DNA of 64,000 nucleotides, taken from IMG/VR virus record IMGVR_UViG_3300035698_022433. One strand, 5' to 3'. Origin of the DNA: an uncultured virus (IMG/VR IMGVR_UViG_3300035698_022433). Taxonomy: Duplodnaviria; Heunggongvirae; Uroviricota; Caudoviricetes. Shown here one piece after another: positions 42,674 to 54,582 of this stretch; the first letter of the stretch is position 1; each line of letters starts with the position of its first letter. A program made the position numbers and the translations under genes. The notes beneath the pieces are model-generated. The model was not told where the DNA came from. It did not search any database and was given only the letters and a program-made list of their open reading frames with translations.

Positions 42674-43211
42674 TATGAAAAAAACAATAGTAACAAGCCT
42701 GTTCGTCATTTGTATATTGATGTTTTTGCCACTAACTTCTGTGGCAGAATCATCAACTACATTTGGTGATATGCATGTTTCTAAAACAATCACCATCAAC
42801 ACGCTATCTCAAGCAAGAAGTACAATAAAAGAAAGGATTGATGTATATCATCTTTTAGAAAATCAGAAGATGAGCATTGGTTGTTGGGCATTGTATTTAT
42901 CACTTGTATTTCTTACCATGCTTTTATTTATCCTAACAGGCAAATGGATTCCACTTCCACCATTACCAATCTAGTCAGTGGATTTAAAAGCAAGTAATGC
43001 AATATCAATCTGATGAGATATCCAGTGGTTAAAATGTTCATATGCATAATATTATGTCTATGATTCTATTATTTTTTTATTGCACAGTAGTAGGCTTGTA
43101 TAAAAAATTTCGAAAAATGCCTAACTTAATACATACGTTGTTGACTTTTTACACAACGCCCGATAAATAGATATATTTAAATATCAATCAGCTCTACGTA
43201 GATACGATATT

Positions 43212-43361
43212 ATGCCACAAGGCGATAGAACAGGCCCTCGAGGAAGAGGACCACGAACAGGTCGTGGACTGGGCAACTGCCCACCACAAAACGACAACCG
43301 GAAGGAAGAAACCAACAAAGGCTTCGGAAGAGGCCAAGGACACGGCCGAAGATTTCGTTAA
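43212..43361 (+). CDS. DUF5320-like small Gly/Arg-rich protein (not in ORF track)
   Basis: MPQGDRTGPRGRGPRTGRGLGNC...GFGRGQGHGRRFR. Confidence 0.75.
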   Translation: MPQGDRTGPRGRGPRTGRGLGNCPPQNDNRKEETNKGFGRGQGHGRRFR

Positions 43362-45926
43362 TCCGGTTCTTACACTTTTTTTAATAATCTATGGTTAAAC
43401 GTATTAAAAACATAGAAACTTTTATATACTACACCATACATAGCTTCTAATGGTCTAATGACAATGAAAACATACCCAATACCATTCGCAGAAGAATTTT
43501 CCGAAGCTATACACAAACCAATAGATAAAGAAAAGGCTGCTGACACCATACGATTTACATTCTTTAGTATTTTTGTAATATCAATTATTATGCTTACAAT
43601 CGCTGGATTTTATCATGTTCTAACACTTGATGGTATAAAAGTCACTGTTGGTGCAATGATACTTTCGCTTATCCCAATTACATTACTAAGCAAAGAGGTA
43701 AAGAAAAATGAATGAAGACTTTAATGAATGGAATAGAAAGATGATTAAAAGTTTCAAACACGATGTTACAATATTTGTTATTATGTGTCCTATTGGACTA
43801 TTCATATTAATATGGTGTTTATCTAAAATATTATAAAAAAAGTAGGTTGAAAAGAATGGATTGGAAAAAGAGTGAAGTATTATTCAGATACGTACAACTA
43901 GATTCAAAAGCTAATGAATTTTATCAAAAACATAAAGAGGAAATAGAGGATGCGCTTCATGACTACGAAGAATATAAAAAGAAAACTAAGGGAAAAAAGT
44001 GTTGTGAAACTTGTATACATTACATTACACAACTTGAATATTGGGATAATCCTCGTTGTAAAATTAGTAAGATACCGGATTGCCCGGATAATAATTATCC
44101 AAACTATAAAGCAAAAAAGGTGAAAAAAAATGGTGAACTTACTTGCAGCATCAAAAAAGGTGATAATATGGTAGCACCATGTAATACAACTAATTTATCT
44201 ATAGATGAATGTGATTATTTAGATAATACTAATAGCCAATTAGATTGTCCTCATTATAGAAATGGTAAATGTGTTTTAAAGAAAGGAGATATAGTTGGTG
44301 AAATAAAATGAAATTAATGCCATTAATTAATAAAGAAAAATTAGATAAAATTTGTGTGAACAAAAGAGAGACTTATGATGACCTAGTTTTAAAATTGCTT
44401 AAAGATTATAAAGAAACAAAGGAACAAAAATGAGATACAAACCAAAGCTACTTGAATTCGTAGATTCATCATTCAAGGATACAAAAACAAAACGTTGGGC
44501 TGTTTGCACAGATAGAGATGGTGCAATAGGCCGAATACAATGGTTTGGGAGATGGCGTAAATATGTATACTATCCAAAGCACGGAACATTCTACGACCAT
44601 AAATGTCAAAGAGAAATTGCAGATTTCACAGAATTAGAAACAAAGAAACACAAAGAGGCTTTAAAAAATGAAAAAATGGAAAGTTAAACAAAAGGGTGGT
44701 TTCTTTAAAACACCGACAAGAAGATACAATACTAAAGAAGAAGCAATAGAAGGAATAAAAGAACATCTACCAAAAGGCGGAATATTCAGTCAATCTATTC
44801 ATGCTGAACTTTATGCGCACAAAGGCTTACGTTCCATACACCACGGTTGCTTTATTCGTGATACTAGGTATTATGAGGAAAACGGTAATGATTTAGCAGA
44901 ACCACTTGATGATGTTGTCTTAGTATGCAAACATATTAAAGAACATTGCAACAAAGGAACAAACAACCAAATGTTTCTTATCAGAGCAGAATGGTTACAC
45001 CGACGTAAGTGCAATAGATGCGAAATCAAAAAACAATTCATGAGTGGGTAAAATGGTGCAATCAATTTGGTTAGAGTTTGAAAAAAAGCAACGTACAGAA
45101 GAAAATAAAAAAATTATTATAGAAACTGTCAAAAAATTATACAAAACATATTCCTATGTATCTAATGAATCACTATCACAAAACACTATGAAGTTTCATT
45201 TTTTAGATTGTAACCAAATAAGGTTTTCCGAAAAAGCATTAGAACTAACTCCATTAAACGATTCTAAACCTTGTAATTGTGGTTGTTATTCTACTGATTT
45301 TGAAACAGTGTGTTATTTTCTTGATTTAGAATTTAGATATGGAAAACCATTTGAGAATTGTCCATATGATTATTATTATTTAGGTAGAAATGTTTATATG
45401 CAAATTGGTTTTTATCACGAACGATTAAACATTTTAAGATTAATATTAATAAACATCAAAAAAGAGTTAGACAAACAAGGAATAAAATCCAAACTAGATT
45501 TATCAGATTGCAGTCAAGAAACATTTGTTAGTTACTTTGGTGATAAAAAATGATGGATTATTTTACCAAATCTGATAGAGTAGTATTTTGGCTTGGTCTA
45601 GCATTTGGAATATCAATGATTGCTTTCTTTTCATTCATTCCTTTGATAACAAGGGAAATAGATATTTTACTCGGAGTTGTTCTAATAATTTTATCATTAT
45701 TACATGTATTAGCTATGAAAGAAAAATACAAAAGACGTGGTGGAATATGAACAAAAACCTTAGAAGACCAATCATTAGCCTGATGTTTGCTCTAACTATG
45801 GGTTTAGCGATTAGCGGCGGATTTATAATGAAAGACAATTTTTTGCTTGGTGCACTATCAATATTTTTTGGTTTTATCACATTAGTATGCAAATGGAAAC
45901 TAGAAACAAAATGGGGCCTTTGGTAA

Positions 45927-46421
45927 ATGACCGTATTCGTAATAGCAGACACACACTTCTACCACACCGGTATGCTTAGGTTCAGACGTTTTTCTTATAT
46001 TGAACAAATGAATGATTACATTGTCCGAGCATGGAACAGTGTCGTCCTCCCCGGCGATACTGTTGTCCATCTTGGTGACTTCGCCTATACAAAAGACCAA
46101 CGACGACTTGACTACATCGTCAGCCGCCTCAACGGCACAATCATGCTACTCCGCGGCAACCACGACAGCGCCGACCGCCTTTGCGACGCCGGCATCGCCG
46201 TAGCGACACAATCATTTGTTCCTTACGAAAACCTACTACTTTCTCATAAACCAATTTATCCAAAGAACAAACACCTTGTAAACCTCCACGGTCACCTCCA
46301 CAAGCAACAACTCCGCGGGAAACATATAAATGCTTGCATTGACATTGCGGGATATATACCAATACCAATCCAACAATATATCAATCAAGCAAACCAAATA
46401 CTTCGGAGGAAAAATGTATAA
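45927..46421 (+). CDS. Calcineurin-like metallophosphoesterase
   Basis: ADTHF, LGDF, RGNHD, LSH.P, HGHLH. Confidence 0.9.
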   Translation: MTVFVIADTHFYHTGMLRFRRFSYIEQMNDYIVRAWNSVVLPGDTVVHLGDFAYTKDQRRLDYIVSRLNGTIMLLRGNHDSADRLCDAGIAVATQSFVPYENLLLSHKPIYPKNKHLVNLHGHLHKQQLRGKHINACIDIAGYIPIPIQQYINQANQILRRKNV

Positions 46422-47346
46422 AGTAAAAAGATGCAAAGTGTGCGGTGATGAAATTCATGTTCATTTTCGCGGTAAGCAACGCATTGTAAAAAACACATGC
46501 GAACACCTAAAACAAATACAAGGCAAAAATATAAAAGAATCAAATTACGATAAATACTTTAGGTAGTGAAACAAATGAGAGACATACTTAAAATAGTTGT
46601 TGTAGCGATAATTAGTGTTTTACTTGTTGCGTCTGCATACTATATATTTGTGTTGGGATAAAATGAAAAAGAATGTAACAAAAACAAAAGAATATGAAGT
46701 AGAAGAATATTTTTGCGATCTTTGCGGAAATCCTTTTAGTAAAGGAATCTGTGGTAATTCCATGCATGTTTGCAAAGTTTGTAATAGAGATATTTGTAGC
46801 AACTGTGCAATCATAGATGATTACTTTGCTTGGGCAGATGAAAGAACGGTAGTTTGTAAATCTTGTAATGAGATAACAAAACCATTTAAAGCAAAGTTAG
46901 ACCATGTTGAAGAGATATATGATATCAAAAGAAAACAAATTTGGAAAGAGTTCAAACAAGCGGCTGAAGAAAATTTTAAAAAGTTGAATGTGATAAAATG
47001 ATGACAGTTATTCATATAACAAGATATCAAGCTGAAGGCATACAAAAATTATTAGAACAAAAATTAGCAATGTCGACAGATAAAAGGTTTAAAATAGAAT
47101 TTCATGCAGATGGTGAAGTTGTAGTCTCGTCTGGAAGAATTGGGTTATCAAGCAGGAAGGATTTCTGATTAAATGGACGAAATCGAATCGTGGTGTAAAG
47201 AAATGAAATTAGAAAGTGAATGGTATGATGAAGAATTGTATCATTGCCCAAATTGCGGTTATGGATTTAAGTTAACAAATAACGAAATTAAAGAGATTAA
47301 AACATTACGTAAAGAGATATTAAGTGAAAATTCTTGAGGTATAAAA

Positions 47347-48066
47347 ATGAAAATAGAACATAAATTAAACATTGCATTAACGCTTTTATGTATTGTGCTA
47401 ATATCAATTAATTTCTATCAGGCAAACTTCATCGAACCAATTGAAATCGAAGTTGAAGTAATAAAAGAAGTAATCATTCTTCCAGAACCTGAATATATGG
47501 AACGTGTTGGTTATGACTTTACTGATATAAGAGAACCAACAAATGAAGAATTATTTGTTATGGAAGAAAGTCTTAGTTTGTGTTATAATCCAACATATGA
47601 TGAAGTTGTTTCTTTCATTGAAGAAGATATAACGAATTATAATGAATGGATTGAAGATTGGTATATATGTGCTGACTTTTGCTGGGACGTTATGTTTGGT
47701 GCACGATGTGAAAAGATGCGTTGCGGCTACGTTGTAATTTATCCTGAAGCAGATGAAGAGTATGAGTATGATGATTATTTTGATGCGCCAGACCCACATG
47801 CAATAGTTGTGTTTGATACATCTGACAAAGGTTTAATTTTTGTTGATGCATCTCTTGATGATATATTTACGTATAGTGAGTTTTTAAAAATGGAACATAA
47901 TAATAAATATTACGCTGAAGACGAATGGTATGAAATAGAAATGGATTTTGACCATTATACTATTGATTGGTTCTATTGGTATTACGAAATTGAACTAATG
48001 CAAGCGTGGCAGTTATACAAATCTGAATATCCAGACTTTGAAGTAAACTATGATAAGTACCTTTAA
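47347..48066 (+). CDS. Membrane-anchored transglutaminase/papain-like (Cys-His-Asp) protein
   Basis: N-terminal TM, PTYDEV..FI..D.TN, YICADF, HAIVVF, GLIFVD. Confidence 0.6.
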   Translation: MKIEHKLNIALTLLCIVLISINFYQANFIEPIEIEVEVIKEVIILPEPEYMERVGYDFTDIREPTNEELFVMEESLSLCYNPTYDEVVSFIEEDITNYNEWIEDWYICADFCWDVMFGARCEKMRCGYVVIYPEADEEYEYDDYFDAPDPHAIVVFDTSDKGLIFVDASLDDIFTYSEFLKMEHNNKYYAEDEWYEIEMDFDHYTIDWFYWYYEIELMQAWQLYKSEYPDFEVNYDKYL

Positions 48067-49771
48067 AGAATAAGTGGTAAAAATGGAAAATAAAAAAGGT
48101 AAAATTATACATACAATTAAAGTACTTGGTTCGTTGTTTGTTGGAATTCTTCTCTTATGTTTTTCAGCGTGGTATACACTTTACGTTTTTTATCTTGGTA
48201 TAGATAGTATTTCTATTATTTCTTTTGTTGTTGGATTATTTTTTATTTTTTTAGGAATTTATAGGTTAAAATACAAAAATGGTTATAAATGGTAAAAGGA
48301 TAAAATGGAAGAAAATAAAATCAAAAATCGAGGGAATGAAATGATTAATTGCGAACCATTAAGAGAGAAAGAAAGATATAAGAGTAGTGGCTATGATTAC
48401 GATAAATGTTTTTATGCAAAAGATGTTGCTTCTGCAGTTGCATTCTATAAGAGGTATAAGGATAAATCAGCATTACTTCTTAAAGAAAAACCGAAAGCAT
48501 ATAGTATGTTCAAAAAAAGAATGTTAGAAATAATTGACGGAAAGTATGATTTAATCGAATTTAATGATTGGTTACTTGACTACTGTTTTCAGGACGTGAT
48601 ATAAATGGAAAGTACACCAAAGAAATTTTTAGATTTTATGCGCTGCCATCCTTTTTCATTACTTAGTATTAATCTTCCAATTCTTATTTTATTAAATGAA
48701 TACTTTGCTTTTCGTGGAACTTCGCAAGTTATCTTTATATTCTTTGGAAGTTTTACGTTAATGATATTTGAAGATATACTATTAAGCGTTTTAAAGCCAA
48801 AAACAAAACCAAAGTCCACTGAGGAATTAATAGATGATGCGTGGTTTCAAAATAGAAAAGAAAAACGACGGGGATGATGAAATGAGTGATTGCGAGCCAT
48901 TAAGAGGAAAAAGAGTAGAATGTCCTGAATATCTAGATATGGATGGTTTTGATTTTGCTGCTGTCAAATCTGCCGTTAGAGGATTGATTAAATACCATGA
49001 AGATAAGATAAAAAATATGATTGAACATATTGAAGCAAGAGAGTATTCTGAACGAGATATTAATGAAATGATAAGATGGATACAGGCAGAATATTATGCA
49101 ATACAGAACATTGAAGAGTGGTTTGAGGATGTAATAAATGGGTGATGCTTTTTTTGAAGAAGACAACGGAAAAAAAACCGATTGCAGACACATATGGGAA
49201 CGCGACCCAAAAACTAAACGCGACCACAAACATCACAGGAACATTTGGTTTCGTACTTGCAAGTCGTGCAAACAAGAACAAGTTGGGTTGTCTTGGAATG
49301 GATACCAACAACACGGAATAGATTGGTGGGATAAAGAAGAAGATATTATGCAATACCTATTAAAAAGATTGGAAACACAATAGAATGGACGAAATCGAAG
49401 CGTGGGTAACAATAATCAAATACGGAGTTATCTTTTGTATAGCTGCAGGTATGTGTTACACTGCACTTGAGATAGCGGAGTTGTTTGCATGAAACAATTT
49501 ACAAAACGAATACTCGGCAACATTACCGCAATATCAATAGGCGGTTTAGCAGGTTTTGCTGTAGTTCGTTGGTATCTATCGTCAAACCTTCTTTGGTTAA
49601 TTCTTACAATACCAGCTGTTCTTTTTTCAATACATAATGCATATATGATACACAAGTCAACAAAGAAAATTGCAGAAATAAGAAAAGCATTCAAAGACAA
49701 ACATGGCTTTGACATGTATGACAAAGAGGCAATGGAAAAACATTTAAAGAAATAATTGTTTAAGCAACACA

Positions 49772-50389
49772 ATGAAGGGAATATTGGTGAGTGTTGCGGT
49801 AGCATTTTTTTTAACAATTACTTTTGTATCTTCGGCTAAATTAGAAATAAATCCTGAAATTGTTGAAGTTAATTTGGTTGGTGGAGATTCTGTTCAAGTA
49901 AACATGACCATAAGTTGGTTGAGCGATTATCCTGTTATTTGTGAATTGACAACGCATGTCGAGCCAGATAATGATGGAATAGATATAACATATTCTAAAA
50001 ATAATTTTACAATGATATTTGGTTCGGAAAATAAAGTAGTTATGTATGTAAACACGTCTTTGTTATTGGCGCCTGATATATATAATATAACAACGCACGT
50101 TAATACAAAAGAACAGTCAGAGGAACCAACTAGTTTGAAGGATGATAGTTCTTATACACAATGGGAAAATTTTATACAACCAATAGAACAATCGGAACAG
50201 GAAGACGAATTGTTAGAAGATGAAGAAGAAGATAAATTTAACAACACATTTTATTATAAAACAAAAGTAGTAGATGCTTCGCCACACCAATTTTGGATTT
50301 TAGGAGGCGTATTATTAGTTATCATATTCCTTTGTATGATTATCAAAAGGAAAAGAATGGTTAAAAAACCAGGAAAGAGAGAAAAATGA
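49772..50389 (+). CDS. Exported Ig-like protein with C-terminal membrane anchor
   Basis: Signal peptide, beta-rich core, acidic linker, C-terminal TM plus basic tail. Confidence 0.55.
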   Translation: MKGILVSVAVAFFLTITFVSSAKLEINPEIVEVNLVGGDSVQVNMTISWLSDYPVICELTTHVEPDNDGIDITYSKNNFTMIFGSENKVVMYVNTSLLLAPDIYNITTHVNTKEQSEEPTSLKDDSSYTQWENFIQPIEQSEQEDELLEDEEEDKFNNTFYYKTKVVDASPHQFWILGGVLLVIIFLCMIIKRKRMVKKPGKREK

Positions 50390-51306
50390 AAAGAACAACA
50401 AAAATGAGTATTGTAGCTGCAATATTGATTGCGGCTACTATGCTGGTGAACGCTGCGTTTCTCAATAGTTATGGAACAGTAGAAACAACAGCAACAGTAA
50501 GTCAGTCAATCCTTGTTGACGACAACGACTACGATAGTCCGGTGACAGATAGTTTTGCTGTGACTGGCGGATGTACTGTTTGTAGATCACACTGGATAAG
50601 AAACAGGGCTTGTATTGATGGTACAGTATCCCTTGGTACAGGAGTATCTGGTAGTCCTGGCACTGGTGGATCTAATGGTGTAACAGTAACATATATGGAC
50701 TCTGTTCACCTTGAGAACAAAAACCCATCAGATTGGACAATACTAGATGGAGATAACATAGAAGCAGACGTAACCTTTGGTCTTGTTGGTGAAACATTTG
50801 ATTACACCTTAGAAGCCACAGGTTTAACAGAGAGTGTAGAATATGCTTTGATATACTATGCAGACTACGAAGACAGAGAGAATAACTGGGGCGGAGACAA
50901 TCCTGGTGCAATACTAGGTATATTCATAGCAGGCGAAGATGGAGCAATCTCAGATGGTGGCAGTATAGATATAGATATGGATATGCCTCATGTGGATGAT
51001 TGGAACAATGCACCACCAGCAGATTATACACAGACACCAGATGGATATAACCATAAAACAGGTGCAAAACTTTGGATAGTACCAACAAGTGATTTAACTG
51101 ACGGTAATAAATTACCACTAATAGCATGGAATCCTACGACATATCTCTTTGAAACAGAACTCATCAGATACTTTAACAATGATGTCAATGAGATAACTAT
51201 CCCAGCAGGTGAATTTATAGACTTTGTAATATGCTATGAATTCGCAATAGACATTATACCTGGAACATATACAATAACAACAACAGTCACTCCAGTGACA
51301 TCTTAG
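50386..51306 (+). CDS. Secreted beta-rich acidic protein (TasA/surface-fibre-like)
   Basis: Signal peptide, Thr/Asp-rich, ends PGTYTITTTVTP. Followed by a hairpin and T-run. Confidence 0.45.
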   Translation: MKRTTKMSIVAAILIAATMLVNAAFLNSYGTVETTATVSQSILVDDNDYDSPVTDSFAVTGGCTVCRSHWIRNRACIDGTVSLGTGVSGSPGTGGSNGVTVTYMDSVHLENKNPSDWTILDGDNIEADVTFGLVGETFDYTLEATGLTESVEYALIYYADYEDRENNWGGDNPGAILGIFIAGEDGAISDGGSIDIDMDMPHVDDWNNAPPADYTQTPDGYNHKTGAKLWIVPTSDLTDGNKLPLIAWNPTTYLFETELIRYFNNDVNEITIPAGEFIDFVICYEFAIDIIPGTYTITTTVTPVTS

Positions 51307-51333
51307 GCGAAAACTCGCCTTCTTTTATTTTTT
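51305..51333 (+). terminator. Hairpin plus T-tract terminator
   Basis: aggcga-aaac-tcgcct followed by tcttttattttt. Confidence 0.6.
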
Positions 51334-51351
51334 AATAGTTCTATATTCTTA

Positions 51352-51385
51352 TAAAGTATTAAAATTAAAGAAACATTTAAATACT
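51352..51385 (+). promoter_or_regulatory. Conserved promoter AAAGTATTAAA-N-AGAAACATTTAAATACT
   Basis: Near-identical copy at 54773-54805. Confidence 0.65.
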
Positions 51386-51788
51386 ATAATTTGTATATTA
51401 ATTATATGGTTTAAGGGAAACACTAGAGCAGGTTCAATCCCTGCTCGGGGGTCCGTTTAGTCAAAAAGTAAAACATTTATACTGATAAGCCATTAACGAA
51501 AGAATAAGGTGAAAAAATATGACAGTAGAATATGAGGACTATCATTTAGTCGAAGGAAAAATAAGTTTGAAGGATGGGAAAACATACAGTAGGTATTTCT
51601 TTGCAAAAAGAGATGTCAAAGATGATGAAACACTCGTAGACAAACTACCAGCCGGATATGAAATAGTTCCACCAAAGAGAAAGGGAGGTTTCCCATTTCT
51701 CAAAAAGACAAAGTAGATAGCTTTTGTGCTATCTATCACCATTTTTTAACCATAGAAAAGTTTATAAACCCTTTTTTTCTTACATTAA

Positions 51789-51872
51789 TTAGGCAGTGAA
51801 GCGTAGAGTTACTTCGATTGCTAAGGAAACCGATGGGCTAACGCCTAAATACTCTATGCGTTTATCTCCTAA
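51789..51872 (+). ncRNA. Ro60-associated (Y-RNA-like) RNA, copy 1
   Basis: CAGTG-NN-GCGTAGAGTTACTTCG...ACTCTATGC.TTTATCT with terminal ttagg/cctaa stem. Downstream of a TATA box (about 51760) and upstream of the TROVE gene. Confidence 0.65.
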
Positions 51873-51906
51873 CACGAACTCAATGGTTCATCCCGTTGTT
51901 TTCGCA

Positions 51907-52011
51907 TGGACAGTGTTGTGTAGAGTTACTTCGCACATGAAATGTACGGTGTGGGAGTCACCAATCTCCACTCAAAAATTAAAATGGAATCCTCTGCACA
52001 CTTATCTTCCA
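51907..52011 (+). ncRNA. Ro60-associated (Y-RNA-like) RNA, copy 2
   Basis: CAGTG-NN-GTGTAGAGTTACTTCG...CTCTGCACA.TTATCT with tgga/tcca stem. Pairing is retained despite sequence changes from copy 1. Confidence 0.65.
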
Positions 52012-52295
52012 AACAAAAGAAATCCTACCACCAAGCGGTTGTAGGTGTTCGTGTCTTTTTTGTTTGTTCTGTCTATTAAAAAGGAAGTGTAAGAAATGAA
52101 ACAAAAACCAAAAGTCGTATTCAGTTGTTTTTTTTGTGAAAAAAGAATAGAAGATGCTGAAAAATTAGCACTTGACGAAGAAGGCAATTGTATAACTTCA
52201 CAAAGTAAACAATTAACCGATGAGGATAGTCATTTTATATGCCCAGTATGTTGGACAAAAGTCAAAAAATTTTGTGACATAAAGGAGGAAAAATA

Positions 52296-53879
52296 ATGGC
52301 AAAATTAACATCAAAAACTACAGGCAAAAGAAAAACAACTAACTACATGGGTGAACCAGCATATGAGTTAAATCCAAAAGATAAACTTGTAAACTTATGT
52401 GCGACTTGTATGTTCGGTGAACCTAAGTATTACGGTAAAGTAGATAAACAAATTTTAAAAGCTTGCGACGACATAGCAAAAAAAGATGCCGAGTTTATTC
52501 TCAAATTAGCTGCTTACTGTCGTAACGAGCTTTATCTACGTACTATTTCAACAGTGCTTTTTGTCAAAGCTGCAAACTTAAAGCAACTCAAAGGCACTGG
52601 ACTAATAAAAAAATACGCACCATTCATTCTAAAACGTGCAGACGAAATCAATGAGGCATTAGCCTGCCAACTTAAACTATTCGATAAGCCAATTCCAAAT
52701 TCATTAAAGAAAGCCATAGTAAAAGTATTTCCAAGTTTCGATACGTATCAATTTGGAAAATATAATCGAAAGACCGATGTTTCATTTAAATCAGCAATTA
52801 TGCTCACTCATCCAAAAGAACCTTCTGATATAATTAAAAAAATCCTTGATGATACTCTTGAAACACCATATACATGGGAAACGGAATTATCAGAGAAAGG
52901 GAATAAAGCAGAAGTGTGGGACAAACTAATTGAATTAAGGAAACTCGGTTATTTTGCTGCTATACGAAACATTAATAATATGATAAAAGCTGGAATTACA
53001 AAACACAAAATGATAATAGACTATATCACTAACCCGGTGGCAATTAAAAATTCAAAACTACTTCCAGTTCGATTCTTATCAGCATATGAAGCAATCAATA
53101 GCAAGTCAAGCGGTCTTTTTGAAAGTGATATAGATATTGCTAAAAAATTCAAGAAAGCCGTAAGTGATGCTCTTCAAATGTCAACTAAAACAAACGTTCC
53201 ACAAGTTCCAGGAAAAACAATTGTAATCTGTGATAACTCGGGTAGTGCGCGCGGCGATGCTGGCGGACGTTCAAAGCTAAGCATTAAATCAGCTAGAACA
53301 ATGGCAGACACCGGAAACCTAATGGGGCTGATGACTTGGTACGCATGTGATGATACAATCTTCGGTGTATTCGGCGATCGCTTGACATTAGTACGACCGG
53401 ATAGAGAAAAACCAATTCTTGACAACTTCGCAGCAGTAAATGAAGCAGGTTCAAATGTTGGTGGTTCAACAGAAGAAGGTGTATTCGTAATGCTTGAAAA
53501 AATGATTAAAGACAAAATCAAAGCTGACCGTTTAATCGTTTGCTCTGACCTACAAATCGGAGATGGAAAAAACAGTGAATACGGACTCGGACTATCACGA
53601 CGCAACGGCGACTACGACAGAACTGTTCCTAAGCTACTAAAGACATACAGAGACACAATCAATCCAAACATTAAGTATTACAGTATCTGCTTTAGTGGGT
53701 ATGGTACAGATGTCATAGAAAATGACCGCATACTAATTAATGGCTGGAGCGATCGAATCTTCAAATTCATCAATACGACAGAAACAAGCCAAACAAAATA
53801 TATTGATGAGAGCTACACACTTGATGAGCTCTCATTACAAACGCCCAAAATACAAAAACAAGAGGTGAAAAAACAATGA
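52296..53879 (+). CDS. TROVE-domain Ro60/Rsr ribonucleoprotein with vWA domain
   Basis: TTNYMGEPAY, A.Y.RNELYLR, RADE, FDTYQFGKYN, TWE..LS, A.IRN, LLP.RF, vWA DNSGS and SDLQ. Confidence 0.92.
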   Translation: MAKLTSKTTGKRKTTNYMGEPAYELNPKDKLVNLCATCMFGEPKYYGKVDKQILKACDDIAKKDAEFILKLAAYCRNELYLRTISTVLFVKAANLKQLKGTGLIKKYAPFILKRADEINEALACQLKLFDKPIPNSLKKAIVKVFPSFDTYQFGKYNRKTDVSFKSAIMLTHPKEPSDIIKKILDDTLETPYTWETELSEKGNKAEVWDKLIELRKLGYFAAIRNINNMIKAGITKHKMIIDYITNPVAIKNSKLLPVRFLSAYEAINSKSSGLFESDIDIAKKFKKAVSDALQMSTKTNVPQVPGKTIVICDNSGSARGDAGGRSKLSIKSARTMADTGNLMGLMTWYACDDTIFGVFGDRLTLVRPDREKPILDNFAAVNEAGSNVGGSTEEGVFVMLEKMIKDKIKADRLIVCSDLQIGDGKNSEYGLGLSRRNGDYDRTVPKLLKTYRDTINPNIKYYSICFSGYGTDVIENDRILINGWSDRIFKFINTTETSQTKYIDESYTLDELSLQTPKIQKQEVKKQ

Positions 53880-54119
53880 AAATGGAACATAATATATACC
53901 TTATAGAAGCGACTAAGAGAGCGGAACAGCCATACGATTCATATGATTCTCATGTAGTGATTGCCGACAAACCTGGAGAAGTTAGAAAAATGTGTCCATC
54001 AGCAGACGAAGGAGAAGAAGTGTGGTTGCAATCCGCATATTCTACTATCAAGAAAGTTGGCGAGAGTGACTTGAAGAAACAAGTCATCTTATCATCATTC
54101 AATGCAGGGTGAAAAAACA

Positions 54120-54581
54120 ATGAAAATAGGAGAAGCGTTAACAGAAAAGAAAAGGCTGCAGTCCGACCTAGCAAAGGTCAATGAATTAATTGAAAGTAAC
54201 TTTACTTACAAAGCAGGTACAAGACCTGATTTTGATGTAGCGAAGCTTTTTGCCGAACAAGTAAGACTTGTAAAACAAATTCTTGAATTAAAAATAAAAA
54301 TACAGAAAACAAACGCAGATATAACAGTTCCATTCGGAGGCAGTGACTTTACTCTTCAAGAACTCATCATAACACTAGGTGACCTTCGTTCAGAGATTTC
54401 TGTTTTCAACTCGCTCTATGCAACAAAAGACCGTATGTTCCGTTATTCAGATGATGACGTCGAAACAGTTACACAAATTCCGTTGGACGAAATTCAAAAA
54501 ACAGTTCGAGCTCTCAATGAGAAAAAGACCAAGTTAGACTCGTTGTTGCAACGCACTAACTGGACTGTCGAACTAATTTAG
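54120..54581 (+). CDS. DIP1984-like coiled-coil protein
   Basis: MKIGEAL.....LQ, L...IQKTN, LD..LQRTNWTVELI termini typical of the family. Confidence 0.75.
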   Translation: MKIGEALTEKKRLQSDLAKVNELIESNFTYKAGTRPDFDVAKLFAEQVRLVKQILELKIKIQKTNADITVPFGGSDFTLQELIITLGDLRSEISVFNSLYATKDRMFRYSDDDVETVTQIPLDEIQKTVRALNEKKTKLDSLLQRTNWTVELI

Positions 54582-54582
54582 A

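Noticed and set aside
51796..52044. 82-aa ORF upstream of TROVE
   Set aside because: It coincides with two structured repeat RNAs, has atypical composition and no SD.
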